Of a DNA stretch of 64,000 nt, positions 52,242 to 64,000 are shown in pieces. Within the stretch, counting starts at the first letter, position 1. Each line of letters opens with the position of its first letter. Source of the stretch: Octopus vulgaris. Taxonomy: Eukaryota. The stretch is from NCBI GenBank assembly GCA_951406725.2, contig OX597825.1, positions 77,066,001 to 77,130,000 on the forward strand. The letters are read 5' to 3'. Both the position numbers and the translations under genes were made by a program. The notes below the pieces were generated by a model. The model ran no database searches, had not been told where the DNA came from, and saw only the letters and a program-made list of their open reading frames with translations.

Positions 52242-52949
52242 ATGTTATTGTAGTAGTTGTGATCGAGGCTGAAAAAGAGTTAGTTGCTAATTCCTGGCAA
52301 ATCGTTCAAAAAAGTTCCAGGCATTGGTTCATTCGAAAGAAAAGGGGAAAGCAAAAGCTATAGACACATTAGCGCTAAAATTTCTCTTTTAAACGCAGGA
52401 GACGAGCAGGGTTTGCATTCAGTGACGGCCTGTGGAGATTCTGATTGAGAAAACTCACCTAATCAGAACTCGAGATATAATGAAAGGTTAATAGCGAGTT
52501 AATTAGTTTTCAAATTTATTCTAGGAACGGTCGATAGCCATCGACATTTGCGGACACAAATGTTAGTCACATGTACGACGTCGCATATTTAACGAGCTAT
52601 CTTTATATGACATACATATATACATACATACATATATACATACATGTGTGAGTGTGTGTAGCTGTGTCTGTGAATATGTATTTGCATGTGTGTGCATGTG
52701 CGTGAGCATGTGTATGCACGTGTATAAATGTGTGTGCGATATGTAATTATATACATATACACATTTATATATGTACATGTACGTATGTGCACACACACAC
52801 ACACACACACGCGCATATATATATATGTATATGTATGTATGTACATATATAGGTAAATGTATATAATATGAATATCTCTACGTATATAGACATGAATATA
52901 TGCATATATAGAAATATAAACACATACACGCATACACATATATATGAAT

Positions 52950-53020
<71 letters not shown>

Positions 53021-53442
53021 TTCATGCGCGCGTGTGTATTCCCTTGTGTCCAGTTCAGGATTTCTTTTGAAGCAATCAAACCTCTTTGCTTGTCAATCAC
53101 CTGGTAATGATTTTCATCGTGTTTACCCTTTGTCTATATTCATAAATAATTATATATATATATATATATATACGTGTGTGTGTGTTTGCAAGAGTGGGTC
53201 CATGCGTGTATTGATTGTCGATCGTCTGTCTCGCCCTGATGCTGGTCGGATCATTGTTGTTGTCTTGTCATCTTTTCATAACATTCATCTATTTTCATTT
53301 GGCAATCCGGATTTTATAACTTTAGAATAATAATAATCATAATCATAATCATAATAATGATAACAAGAAGAAGAAGAAGAAGAAGAAGAAGAAGAAGAAG
53401 AAGAAGAAGAAGAAGAAGAACAACAACAACAACAACAACAAC

Positions 53443-53490
<48 letters not shown>

Positions 53491-53625
53491 GCTTCAGTGA
53501 TTTGTTTATGCGGACAAGGCCAACGGGAGAAGAAAGAAAGTCACAAGGCCGGCTGCTATTCGTGCTGGTGAGGCTGCACTATTAATGCATATACACACTT
53601 TTCTCACTCTCACTTTCCCTCTCTC

Positions 53626-53656
<31 letters not shown>

Positions 53657-53845
53657 TCTTATATACACACATACATGCCCATGCAATATTCATGTGTGTG
53701 TGTGTGTGTGTGTTTGTAAGTATTTATGTTTTTTTATGTTTCCGTTAAGATCAACAAAATGTACTCCTTCCAGTGAAAGATAAATATTATTTATTGTACA
53801 CTATACAGTTACAAGCTACTAATAGTTTCATACATTGGAGATATA

Positions 53846-54064
53846 TATTTCTTTACTGCCCACAAGGCGCTAAACATAGAAGGGACAAACAAGGGCAGAC
53901 AACGCGATTAAGTCGATTACATCGACCCCAGTGCGTAACTGGTACTTAATTTATCGACCACGAAAGGTTGAAAGGCAAAGTCGACCTCGGCGGAATAACA
54001 GCAGACGAAATACGGCTACGCATTTCGCCCGGCGTGCTAAACTTTCTGCCAGCTCGCCGCCTTT
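53846..54064 (-). mobile_element. SINE family B with a 21-bp target-site duplication
   Basis: GTTTCATACATTGGAGATATA at 53825-53845 and 54065-54085. Confidence 0.93.
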
Positions 54065-54179
54065 GTTTCATACATTGGAGATATAGTCTAGGCAAATTTT
54101 AATAATACGCCTTGTGTACCAATACAGTCTCTAGACTCTGAGCACATGACTTATACAATTCACAAATCAAAACTCTACA

Positions 54180-55045
54180 ACAAAAGAAATCACGGGCAAA
54201 AACGGAAAGGTGGGTGCAAAAAGTGGAAGAGTGAAAAAAAATCGGAAGCAGAAAAAGAAAGAGAAAAAATTAATGTAATATTTCCTTTGACCGTAAAGCC
54301 ATACTAAAGCTATTTGTAGAATGAAGCCATGGATAAAGGCTGAAAGCTTGCGATACAGCTGTTCAACTCGGAGTGGTTGGTGTCGCCAAAAGAAATTTGT
54401 CCATGTGTTTTCATGTATTTCATACTATGTCTTCTGTTGTTCACCTTTACTACGGCTGCTGCATGATAAACTCCGTCGTATATGAGGCTGAATTCACAGT
54501 AACGCTACATGATAACCTGACTGAAAAGAAAAATTACATTGCGTAATACGAAGACAGCTTCTAAAGATGCTATGCAAACCACCTATCTTTTTTCCGGTAC
54601 ATCGACAAAAGTAAAGACACTGACTTGGCTAGTCACGTATGCGGTATGAAGACCAATTCGACACCACTTACAGTTGAGTAGAAAATCGTAGAATAATCCA
54701 TGCATAAATCACTGGATCTAAGAAATGAACATATGTGTAGCTGAAAGATCTCATAGTTCTTTCAGATCTAAGAATTCCACCGTAATACTGAATTCCAGAT
54801 CAGAAATTTTAGCAAATATAAACATATGGACAAATTTCTATTGGTGAATTGGAGGATACCAGCATCTCTGGATCGAGCAGCTATGTTGCAGACTTTGGAC
54901 ACCTATCTATGGCTTAATTCTACAGCAAGTACCTTTATTGTGGCTTTACGGTCAGAGTGGATATAGCTCTAATTTATTTCCGTTTTCTTTTCCTTTTCCG
55001 TTTTTTTCTACATTTTCTCCATTTCTGCCTGAATTTCAGTTTGTA
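54180..55045. mobile_element. Old MITE/foldback element with long degenerate terminal inverted repeats
   Basis: TGACCGTAAAGCCA...AGAAATTTGTCCATGTGTT (about 54288-54410) mirrors AACATATGGACAAATTTCT...TGGCTTTACGGTCA (about 54821-54954); weaker symmetry continues outward. Confidence 0.75.
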
Positions 55046-55436
55046 ATATAGTTGTATGCCAAACTCTCATCTGTTCTAGTCTTCTTGGTCTTTACTCCTC
55101 ACTTCCACCCTATGTTTTAATTTAAAATTTTCTGTATAGCCAGTTCCATTATTCTCTCTACTTCTTTAGCACAATTATTGTATCTGTGTCATCCTTTTTG
55201 CCTTCTTCCCTCAGTTTCATCGTGGTCACAACCTCATAGCCTCTGTCTGCTGATCGCGTCCCTTCGTTAATCGGTCGGCACTCACTTATACTGTACCTTC
55301 TCATATAATCTGCTTTATCTGCACGCTGTCTGGTTTTTCTTTCCGGGTCTGCTCTTCAAACTATATGAAGAATTTATTTGTAGCCTTGGTGGAGAAAAGT
55401 TAAATCAAACTTAAATATCATCAGTCTATAGCATGG

Positions 55437-55590
55437 CAGCGTGGAGGCGCGTGGCTTAGTGGTTAGGATGTTGGACTCATGATCGTAAGAGTGTAGATTC
55501 GATTCCTGGACCGGGTGATACGATGTGTTCTTGAGGAAAACACTTCATTTTACGTTGCTCCAGTCCACTCAGCTGGCAAAAATGAGTAAT
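55437..55590 (+). mobile_element. Third tRNA-derived SINE type (head and central part)
   Basis: A-box GTGGCTTAGTGG, B-box-like GATTCGATTCC, then TTGCTCCAGTCCACTCAGCTGGCAAAAATGAGT. Confidence 0.7.
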
Positions 55591-55799
55591 TCTGCGACGG
55601 ATCGGTGTCCCAGAAATCACTCATAAATGTGATGCACGACAAAAAATGAAAAATATGTTGTTTATTTTGGAGCTTTATACTGAGTTGTATATATGCTACG
55701 ACAATATAATTTAGATTAATGAAATATATATTTTGTTTCAATACAAAAGTGTTACGTATAATTTAATCGAGCGCATTGTAAATATGCGTGTCGTGTAAT

Positions 55800-56011
55800 A
55801 AGTAAATAGGTTGCATGCCAGACTTATTTGGAGACGACTTGGCAGCAGTGTACTGCAACTGGCAGCAAAACAGGAGCATCCCAGGTTTTGTGAGCCGAGG
55901 AGCCGTAACTCTGCTTGAGAAAGATCCAAACAAAGAGAACATAATAGATAACTTTAGGCCCACCACTCTGCTCAAAGCAGACTTGAACATTTTGGCCAAG
56001 GTGTTAGCCAA
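55800..56011 (+). mobile_element. Tx1/L1-like reverse transcriptase fragment
   Basis: GAVTLLEKDPNKENIIDNFRPTTLLKADLNILAKVLA corresponds to the RT motif ITLIxK...NyRPIsLLnxDyKIlaKvLa; fused to a SINE A piece. Confidence 0.85.
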
Positions 56012-57007
56012 GTATGGAACACCTGGGCAAGGTGCCACGCGGTGGGGGATGAACCCGGAAGCATATGGTTCGGGAGCACGAAAAAATTGATTTGGTCATC
56101 ATAATCTATGGACATAAAAGAATAGCTGAGCGTCAGGTGCTTGTGTATGGGTGAGCGAATGAGTGTCTGTGCGCGCCTGTGTGTGTATGTATGTGTGTGT
56201 GTGTGTGTGCGTGTGTGCGTGCATGTGTGTGTGTGTGCGTGCATATGTGTGTGTGTGTGTGTATGCATAAATAAATTTCCTTCTCATTGTCTGCAATCTT
56301 AGTGTTTAACCGATTATATATTATTAACCAAATCATGAAAGTTTACTGACTCTTTACTAAGCACACACATACACACACATCTAACATCAAACATATACAC
56401 AAACACATTCTCACACACACACGCATATTGCTGTGATGTTAAACTGAGTAAGAAGACAGTAAAATACAAGAAAAATAATGTAAAAGCAGACCACGTGATA
56501 TAGCGGAACATAACAAAAGCATATCCAGTGCCATCTTTTCCGTCTGTTGGATTTTGCGGGCTAAAAACAAAAGGAAACGAAACGACTTCTTATTACGACC
56601 GACACACACTTTCGTTTGCACGCTAAATCATAGTAAAAATATCATTTCATCTGTAACAATACCTGGGATAGATAACGATATGTCTACTACACGTCACATT
56701 AGTTTGAAGATATATCAATAACAGCAGCAGCAGCAGCAGTAGAAGCAGCAACAGCAGCAGCAGCAGCAGCAACAGTGGTAGCAGCAGCTGCAGTGGCAGT
56801 AGTGACGGTGAAGTATAGAAGACATGGTATGAATTACATGAACCATTCTAAATCAATACCATTGCACTCATTAGTAACATATCTGTGTCGTATTTGCTCG
56901 GTTTTGAAACATTGCGGAACTACACAGAATGCCCAGTTTCATATATTTTAGGAGACACAATACTGTCGACTTCAGTTACGATCATAAGGAATGAGCAAGA
57001 CAGTAAC

Positions 57008-57053
<46 letters not shown>

Positions 57054-57084
57054 AACATGTATGCATATACATATTTACATATAA

Positions 57085-57126
<42 letters not shown>

Positions 57127-57155
57127 ATGTATACATATACTTATTTACACATAAG

Positions 57156-57190
<35 letters not shown>

Positions 57191-57247
57191 ATACATACAT
57201 ATATATAAAACTGCCCGAGTTTGATATACATAATATATATATACACG

Positions 57248-57297
<50 letters not shown>

Positions 57298-58636
57298 AAA
57301 GACTATAAATTTTCAAGTGATGAATACTCAAGTATAAACATATATTTATATATTCTTTTCGATTAGATCAACCCCAGTACGCAACTGGTACTAAATTTAT
57401 CGATCCCCAAAGGACACAAGGCGAAGTCGACCTCAGCGGAATTTGGAATCAGAGCGTAAAGGTAAACGAAATACCGCTAAGCATTTCGCCCGGCGTGCTA
57501 ATGATCCTCCCAGCTCGCCACCATATAAATATTAATATATTAACAGGGAAAACTTACACATACTACGAAGACACAGAAAATTAAAGGGGAGAATATATGG
57601 TATTACAAATCCGACACCTGTTTCTGGAGGATCGAAATTATTAAATAATGTTGGCAGATGTAGTTCACTAGAATATACAACTAGTAATGAAAGCAAATAG
57701 ACTTTGGCTAAATCCTGCCGCCATATTCTGGTGAACTACATCTCTTTTCAGTTTCCGTGAATGAAATCCTCTCACTAAGCATTACAAATGTCTTGTACCA
57801 TAGCCCGTGGCTATAATAAAAGACAAGGTGCAACGTACTGGGATTGAAAACAAGACCACAAGACTGACGGGGAAACAAGCTTCTAAACCATTGAACCACG
57901 CCTATGTCTCATCATACATGAAATAGTTTTGAAATAATTTTCCGAGTAAGCCAAATTTATTATGTAGGAAATGAATTCATTCTTTACCAACTTGAGAGCT
58001 GGAAATTTCTTAATAGACAATGGAATTTGCCAATTTAGCTCTTTTGTTCAAAACTGAAAAACCCAGCTAAATAATGTATTTGCCCCTAGAGAAAGAAATG
58101 GCCATTTTACTGGAAGCAATGATGTAATGAGACTTGTGTTTTATAACAAACCAATCGATCTTACATATGTCTGTGTCAGCTTTTAGACTCCGGATATATT
58201 TGGATAGTTAAGCAGCTAGGCGCAGTTCTAAATTTCTGGATGTAAGTATATAATGTATGTTGCCAGATACTTTTTCATGTAAAGGATTTATTGTTACGCA
58301 TTGCTTTCCATGACATCTACAAGACAATAAATGAGCTAATACCTTATAAATACACTCTGTCGTTGAGAACGGAGACGTTGCGAGCGTTTAAAGTTTCATT
58401 GATAGAAAGAGATTGAACTGATCGTGTACAGGCGATACGAGAGCGATAATATTTTCAAAAATACCGTCGCTGGTAGCTGGAGGTTGGACGGTATTATTGT
58501 TCACTGAAATATTTTCCTACCATGATTGTATTAATCTTGTGATTCTTCCGTCGCATAGAAGTATTTTGACTTCTATTTTTAGTGATGCAGGTGATAATGT
58601 AGTACCCTTATGAGCGCGCACGTGTGTAAATGCATA

Positions 58637-58990
<354 letters not shown>

Positions 58991-59112
58991 ACCCCGCATG
59001 GCCACAGCTCAAGAGCTGAAACTGGAAAACATAAACATAATAAACATACATACATATTTATATATATACATACATAAACACACGCACATATATAATGATG
59101 ATGATGATGATG

Positions 59113-59207
<95 letters not shown>

Positions 59208-59660
59208 AATAATAATAATGATGATGATAAATGAATACAAAAGAATGAGACCTCGGTATCAGGTAAATAGAGGAATTTATATATGCATAGTTTCGGACGA
59301 TCAGTAAATTGTCATAATAGGCCTCAAAGTTTCAAATGCCGGAGCTAAGAGCTACGATGCTTTCTCATTGGCGATTATGACAATAGACGCTATAAAAACC
59401 GTTGAATAAAAGGAAAGTTACTCTAATAGGTAGGGAAAATATAAAAGATAAAAAATAAAAGGCAGCCATATTCTCGCAATACATAGACATAAGAACCTCC
59501 TGCGTTCATAACGTGTACATACGTACACATTCATACAAACAGGTATATGTACATGCCCAAACACACACATATATGTGCGTTTACGTACACATACACATAT
59601 CCACACACACACGCACACATACGTACTTCCAATCAGTAAAGATCGGAAGCCATGTGAGTT

Positions 59661-59691
<31 letters not shown>

Positions 59692-59693
59692 TG

Positions 59694-59806
<113 letters not shown>

Positions 59807-59816
59807 TTTTTTTGAA

Positions 59817-60215
59817 GGCGGCGAGCTGGCAGAATCGTTTCCACGCTGGAAGAAATGCTTAGCCGTATTTCGTCTGCCGTTACGTTCTGAGTTCAAATTC
59901 CGCCGAGGTTGACTTTGCCTTTCATTCTTTCGGGGTCGATTAAATAAGTACCAGTTACGCACTGGGGTCGATGTAATCGACTTGATCCGTTTGACTGTCC
60001 TTGTTTGTCCCCTCTGTGTTTAGCCCCTTGTGAGTAGTAAAGAAATAGGTATTTCGCCCATCGCTACGTTCTGAGTTCAAAATTCCGACGAGGTCGACTT
60101 GGCCTTTCATCCTTTGGGGGTCGATAAATTAAGTAACAGTTACGTACTGGGGTCGATGTAATCGATTATCTCCCTCACCCGAATTCCAGGCCTTGCTCCT
60201 ATAGTAGAAAGGGTC
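59817..60215 (+). mobile_element. SINE family B dimer
   Basis: One head and two body units with the same ~184-bp period as at 20947-21720. Confidence 0.88.
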
Positions 60216-60220
60216 ATTAC

Positions 60221-60695
60221 ATTTCTTTTTATCAAAGGTTTTGTTGGAACTCCCAGAGTCTTGCATGCGTAGCGGGCTTACTACCTGAAGCCTGTGGTAC
60301 CATGCTGCCTGTTCTTTTCAGCTACGTAACACTTTCCTGATTATTCTGGCCGTACCAAGCAAGCAAACCTTTTGTAACAGTTTTACTGGGCACTCTATTC
60401 TAATTTCCTTTATATTCCCCTTGATATCTTCTGATACTGTTCCCAAGGACCAAACAATAATTGGCGCCATCCTCACCGTCTTCCTTTTCCATAGCCAAGC
60501 TATTTCAAATTTAAGAAGGTTGTATTTGTCTATATTTTCGCCTTTCTTCTTGACTATTCGTGGGTCAAAGGGGCATGCAACATGAACTATATAGCACATG
60601 TGTTGCATCTTGTCGACCACCACTAGGTCTGGTCTGTTATGCTCTAGCACCAGTTCTGTTTGGATTCGGAAATCCCAGAGGATTATACTAGTCTC
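60221..60695 (-). mobile_element. R4/Dong-like non-LTR retrotransposon 3' fragment with restriction-like endonuclease domain
   Basis: ILWDFRIQTELVLEHNRPDLVVVDK...VACPFD...KYNLL...PIIVWSLGTV...LQKVCLLGTARIIRKVL. Confidence 0.9.
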
Positions 60696-60750
60696 CGACT
60701 CCACCACCACCACCACCACTCTTCTTCTTCTTCTTCTTCTTCTTCTTCTT

Positions 60751-60825
<75 letters not shown>

Positions 60826-61914
60826 GAGTAAGAGAGCAGTGCATGCTGTTAAAATAACCCTGGGTTAAAAATATACGAAGCCCAGTATACCCATGATGAC
60901 TACCCGTCTGTTAAGGGTATAGCAGGCACATGCATCATAACCATATGTGCGCGACATGGGGGGATCTGATATCAAGATAACCAGCGCAATACCATGCAGG
61001 TGGGTGGCCAGTCAGGTCATGTAGCCCATCCCGCTCAAAAAAGGTCCCCGAATAAGGCTTGTTTAAGGATGTTGGACAAAACATCCATGTTTCCAGAGGT
61101 GATTTATTCAAACCCCATTCTTGCAGTATTAATTCTTTCTATTCGTTTTATTTAATTTTTTTTTGTGGGTTGGGGGGGGGGGGGGCTGGAACGTGATCGT
61201 GTTCGTTATTAATTACATTTCACTATTTACAAAGCAGTCATTACTGTACTAATGTATCATTTTATTCTCTAATTATCCAATGTCATTTAGACCTGCCAAT
61301 ATTATACGACGTATTTCTTTAACTATTTGTTTGTTCTCGTGTTTCACATTATTTGTACAGTCTAACGCAAGGGCGGATGGGGTAGGGACAAGAGCGGGGT
61401 TAGGGTTTATAGTTTTGGCGTTTTTAATTTTTAACACTCATAAATATCACTTTCATTACCCTAAATTGATGTATTGTTTCGTTTTAGAGTTGTTTTTGTT
61501 GTTGTCGTTGTTATTTTCAATTAATTTTTACGTTGTCTAAAAAACCGTTGATTTTTATATTACTGTGTTTATTTTTTATTTTTTTTCGCTCTGCTTCTTT
61601 TCCTGCCTGTTGGCGTGCCGCAAGTCGTATAAAATATTCATTTCTTCTTCTTCTTCTTCTTCTTCTTCTTCTTCTTCTTCTTCTTCTTCTTCTTCTTCTT
61701 CTTCTTCTTCTTCTTCTTCTTCTTCTTCTTCTTCTTCTTCTTCTTCTTCTTCTTCTTCTTCTTCTTCTTCTTCTTCTCCTCCTCCTCCTCCTCCTCCTCC
61801 TTCTTCTTCTTCTTCTTCTTCTTCTTCTCCCCGTCGTCATGGTCTTCGTGGTCGTTCTCCCCTCCTCCTCTTTCAACTACTACCATCACCGTTACCATCT
61901 ACTACTACTACTAG

Positions 61915-61962
<48 letters not shown>

Positions 61963-62005
61963 CACCACCACCACCACCACCACCACCACCACCACCACCA
62001 CTACA

Positions 62006-62057
<52 letters not shown>

Positions 62058-62070
62058 TATATATATATAT

Positions 62071-62460
62071 AGGAGCAGGCGTGGCTGGGTTGTGCTGAAG
62101 CTTGCTTCCCAATTGTATGGTTCCAGGTTCAGTCCTACTGCGCGGTACCTGGGCAATTGTCTTCTACTATATCCTCGTGCCGATCCAAGCCTTGTGAGTG
62201 GATCCTGTGAATGGAAACTGAAAGAAGCCCATCGTATATATTTGTGTGTGTGTGTGTGTGCCTATGTTTGTTCCCCCTTCGCCGCTTGACAACCGGTGCC
62301 GGTGCGTTTATGTCCCCGTAACTTAACGGTTCGGCAAAAAATACCGACACAACAACTACTAGGCTTAAAACAAAACAGAACGTCCTGAGGTCAATTTTTT
62401 CGACTACAACCTTTGCTCCAGCATGGCCGCAATCAAATGACTGAAACACATAAAAGAATA
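62071..62460 (+). mobile_element. SINE family A, full-length, diverged
   Basis: AGGAGCAGGCGTGGCTGG...CCAGCATGGCCGCAATCAAATGACTGAAAC. Confidence 0.85.
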
Positions 62461-62490
62461 AAATAATACATACATACATACATACATACA

Positions 62491-62522
<32 letters not shown>

Positions 62523-62832
62523 CGTACATACATACAAGCGTGTGCATATGTGTCTTTGCGTGTCTATATATATATCTGTGCGTGTATGCCAGTGTGTGTG
62601 TAAGATTTTGGCCTCAACTCAGTGAAGGAACACGTAAGACAAAATAAATATCGTTCTGAGAGATCGATTATTTAAGCTATGCTAAAAATAATCTATCAAT
62701 GTGTGGCCGGTAAGCTGTTGTATTGATGACGTTCACTGTTATTGAATTATATGGGATTAAATTGATCTGTAAGATAGCGAGCCAACCTACGAGGTAGATG
62801 ATCTATATATTGTTGCTGTGTGTATGTGTGTG

Positions 62833-62932
<100 letters not shown>

Positions 62933-62936
62933 CACG

Positions 62937-62968
<32 letters not shown>

Positions 62969-63369
62969 CATATGTATGTGTGTGTATGTATACACGTACA
63001 CACATTCACTTACACATATACGCAGATGCATATTTACATGTACACATACATGCAAAAACATGCAGGCATATTCCACCCACATCACCCACCCACACATATA
63101 TATGTATATATATATGTATATATATATATATACATTCGTGTATATACAAATACATGCATACATACGTATGTATATATGTGTTTGTATATATATGTACGTA
63201 TGTATACACACACACATATAAATATATACAAATATACATATAGATATATATGTACACATTCTTACACACATGCTCTGACAAACATACAAACACAATCACA
63301 CACACAACACACACAACACACGCACATATTGCTTTGACGAAAGAGTTCGCCTCTTTAAGAAAAAATATG

Positions 63370-64000
63370 ACAAGTTTTTAACATAAAGCGATTTATTGAA
63401 TCAAAGATATAATTGCCGTTTTGATCATAATCTTCTGCTGTCATGTGTGGGCATGTCCGTCATCACTTACTTCAAGAATTTCCTGTTTTCATTGGGAAAG
63501 AACTCCTCCCGCCACAAATTTTTACATTCTCTTCAGAGTTAAAGACCTTAACCATTCATTGAAGTTTGAAGAAACCAAAATCTGAATGCGCCAAGTCGGG
63601 CGAATATGAGAGGCAAAACTTTTCAGCCAAGCCCCAGTAATGTCTGCTGTGTTCACAAAAATGAATGCGGTCTAAAATTGCTTGATGAAGGACGATCCCT
63701 CCCCGATTAGAAAGCTCTGGTCCCTTTTGCTGGATCGCTGCATTCAATATGTCCAGCTGGTCATAGTAGACATCCGAATTGATGGCCCCGTTCTTGGGGA
63801 AAATCTCATAAAAGACTAGACTGAAATATAACCCTATTTGGGTCGAGTGATTTGGAGGTTGCCTGAGGGAGTTCGCTGCGCTACCCTCAGGATCGTTTGC
63901 GCTTCACATTGTTATTGCCGATTCATTTTTTACCTCCTGCCACTCTTCTCTTCGGAAAAAGGCGATCGTTTTCTTTACACATCTGCAATTCACCGCATTT
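63370..64000 (-). mobile_element. Decayed mariner transposase, runs off the window end
   Basis: NNVKRKRS, INSDVYYDQLDILNAAIQQKGPELSNRGGIVLHQ and YSPDLAHSDF motifs. Confidence 0.88.

Noticed and set aside
55437-55515. tRNA gene
   Set aside because: A and B boxes are present but there is no closed cloverleaf, and it runs into a SINE body; the same applies to SINE A and B heads.
56314-56560. Minus-strand exon after a good acceptor (TTTTTAG at 56561), with hydrophobic translation
   Set aside because: No convincing donor and no homology; cannot be supported from sequence alone.
61394-61410. Telomere-like GGGTTAGGGTT
   Set aside because: Fewer than two full units; chance occurrence.

Overview
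AT-rich, gene-poor animal DNA, most consistent with an octopus (coleoid cephalopod) genome. That assignment is inferred from the SINE families, the PHD-bearing RTE LINE and an ND1 NUMT that reads best with AGA=Ser. Nearly all ORFs in the track are microsatellite artefacts. The window holds dozens of copies of two tRNA-derived SINE families, fragments of RTE, Tx1/L1-like and R4/Dong-like LINEs, five mariner remnants, a Ty3/gypsy 5' LTR with tRNA-Pro PBS and decayed gag, several MITE/foldback elements and a small mitochondrial ND1 insertion. No complete host gene is visible, only weak micro-exon candidates. The main observation is a dense set of type I hammerhead ribozyme (HHR) motifs found by manual folding: eight with a canonical core and all three stems, two minimal variants and several decayed copies or half-sites. 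Most sit in short non-coding elements abutting (TA)n tracts and have a palindromic stem III suited to dimeric cleavage. Four lie in a near-identical ~535-bp tandem unit at 30186-32232, arranged as two divergent arms inside the (TA)n tract of a SINE. This looks like a young non-autonomous Penelope-like element or retrozyme that could release a ~535-nt circularisable RNA from either strand. Ribozyme activity and novelty are untested.
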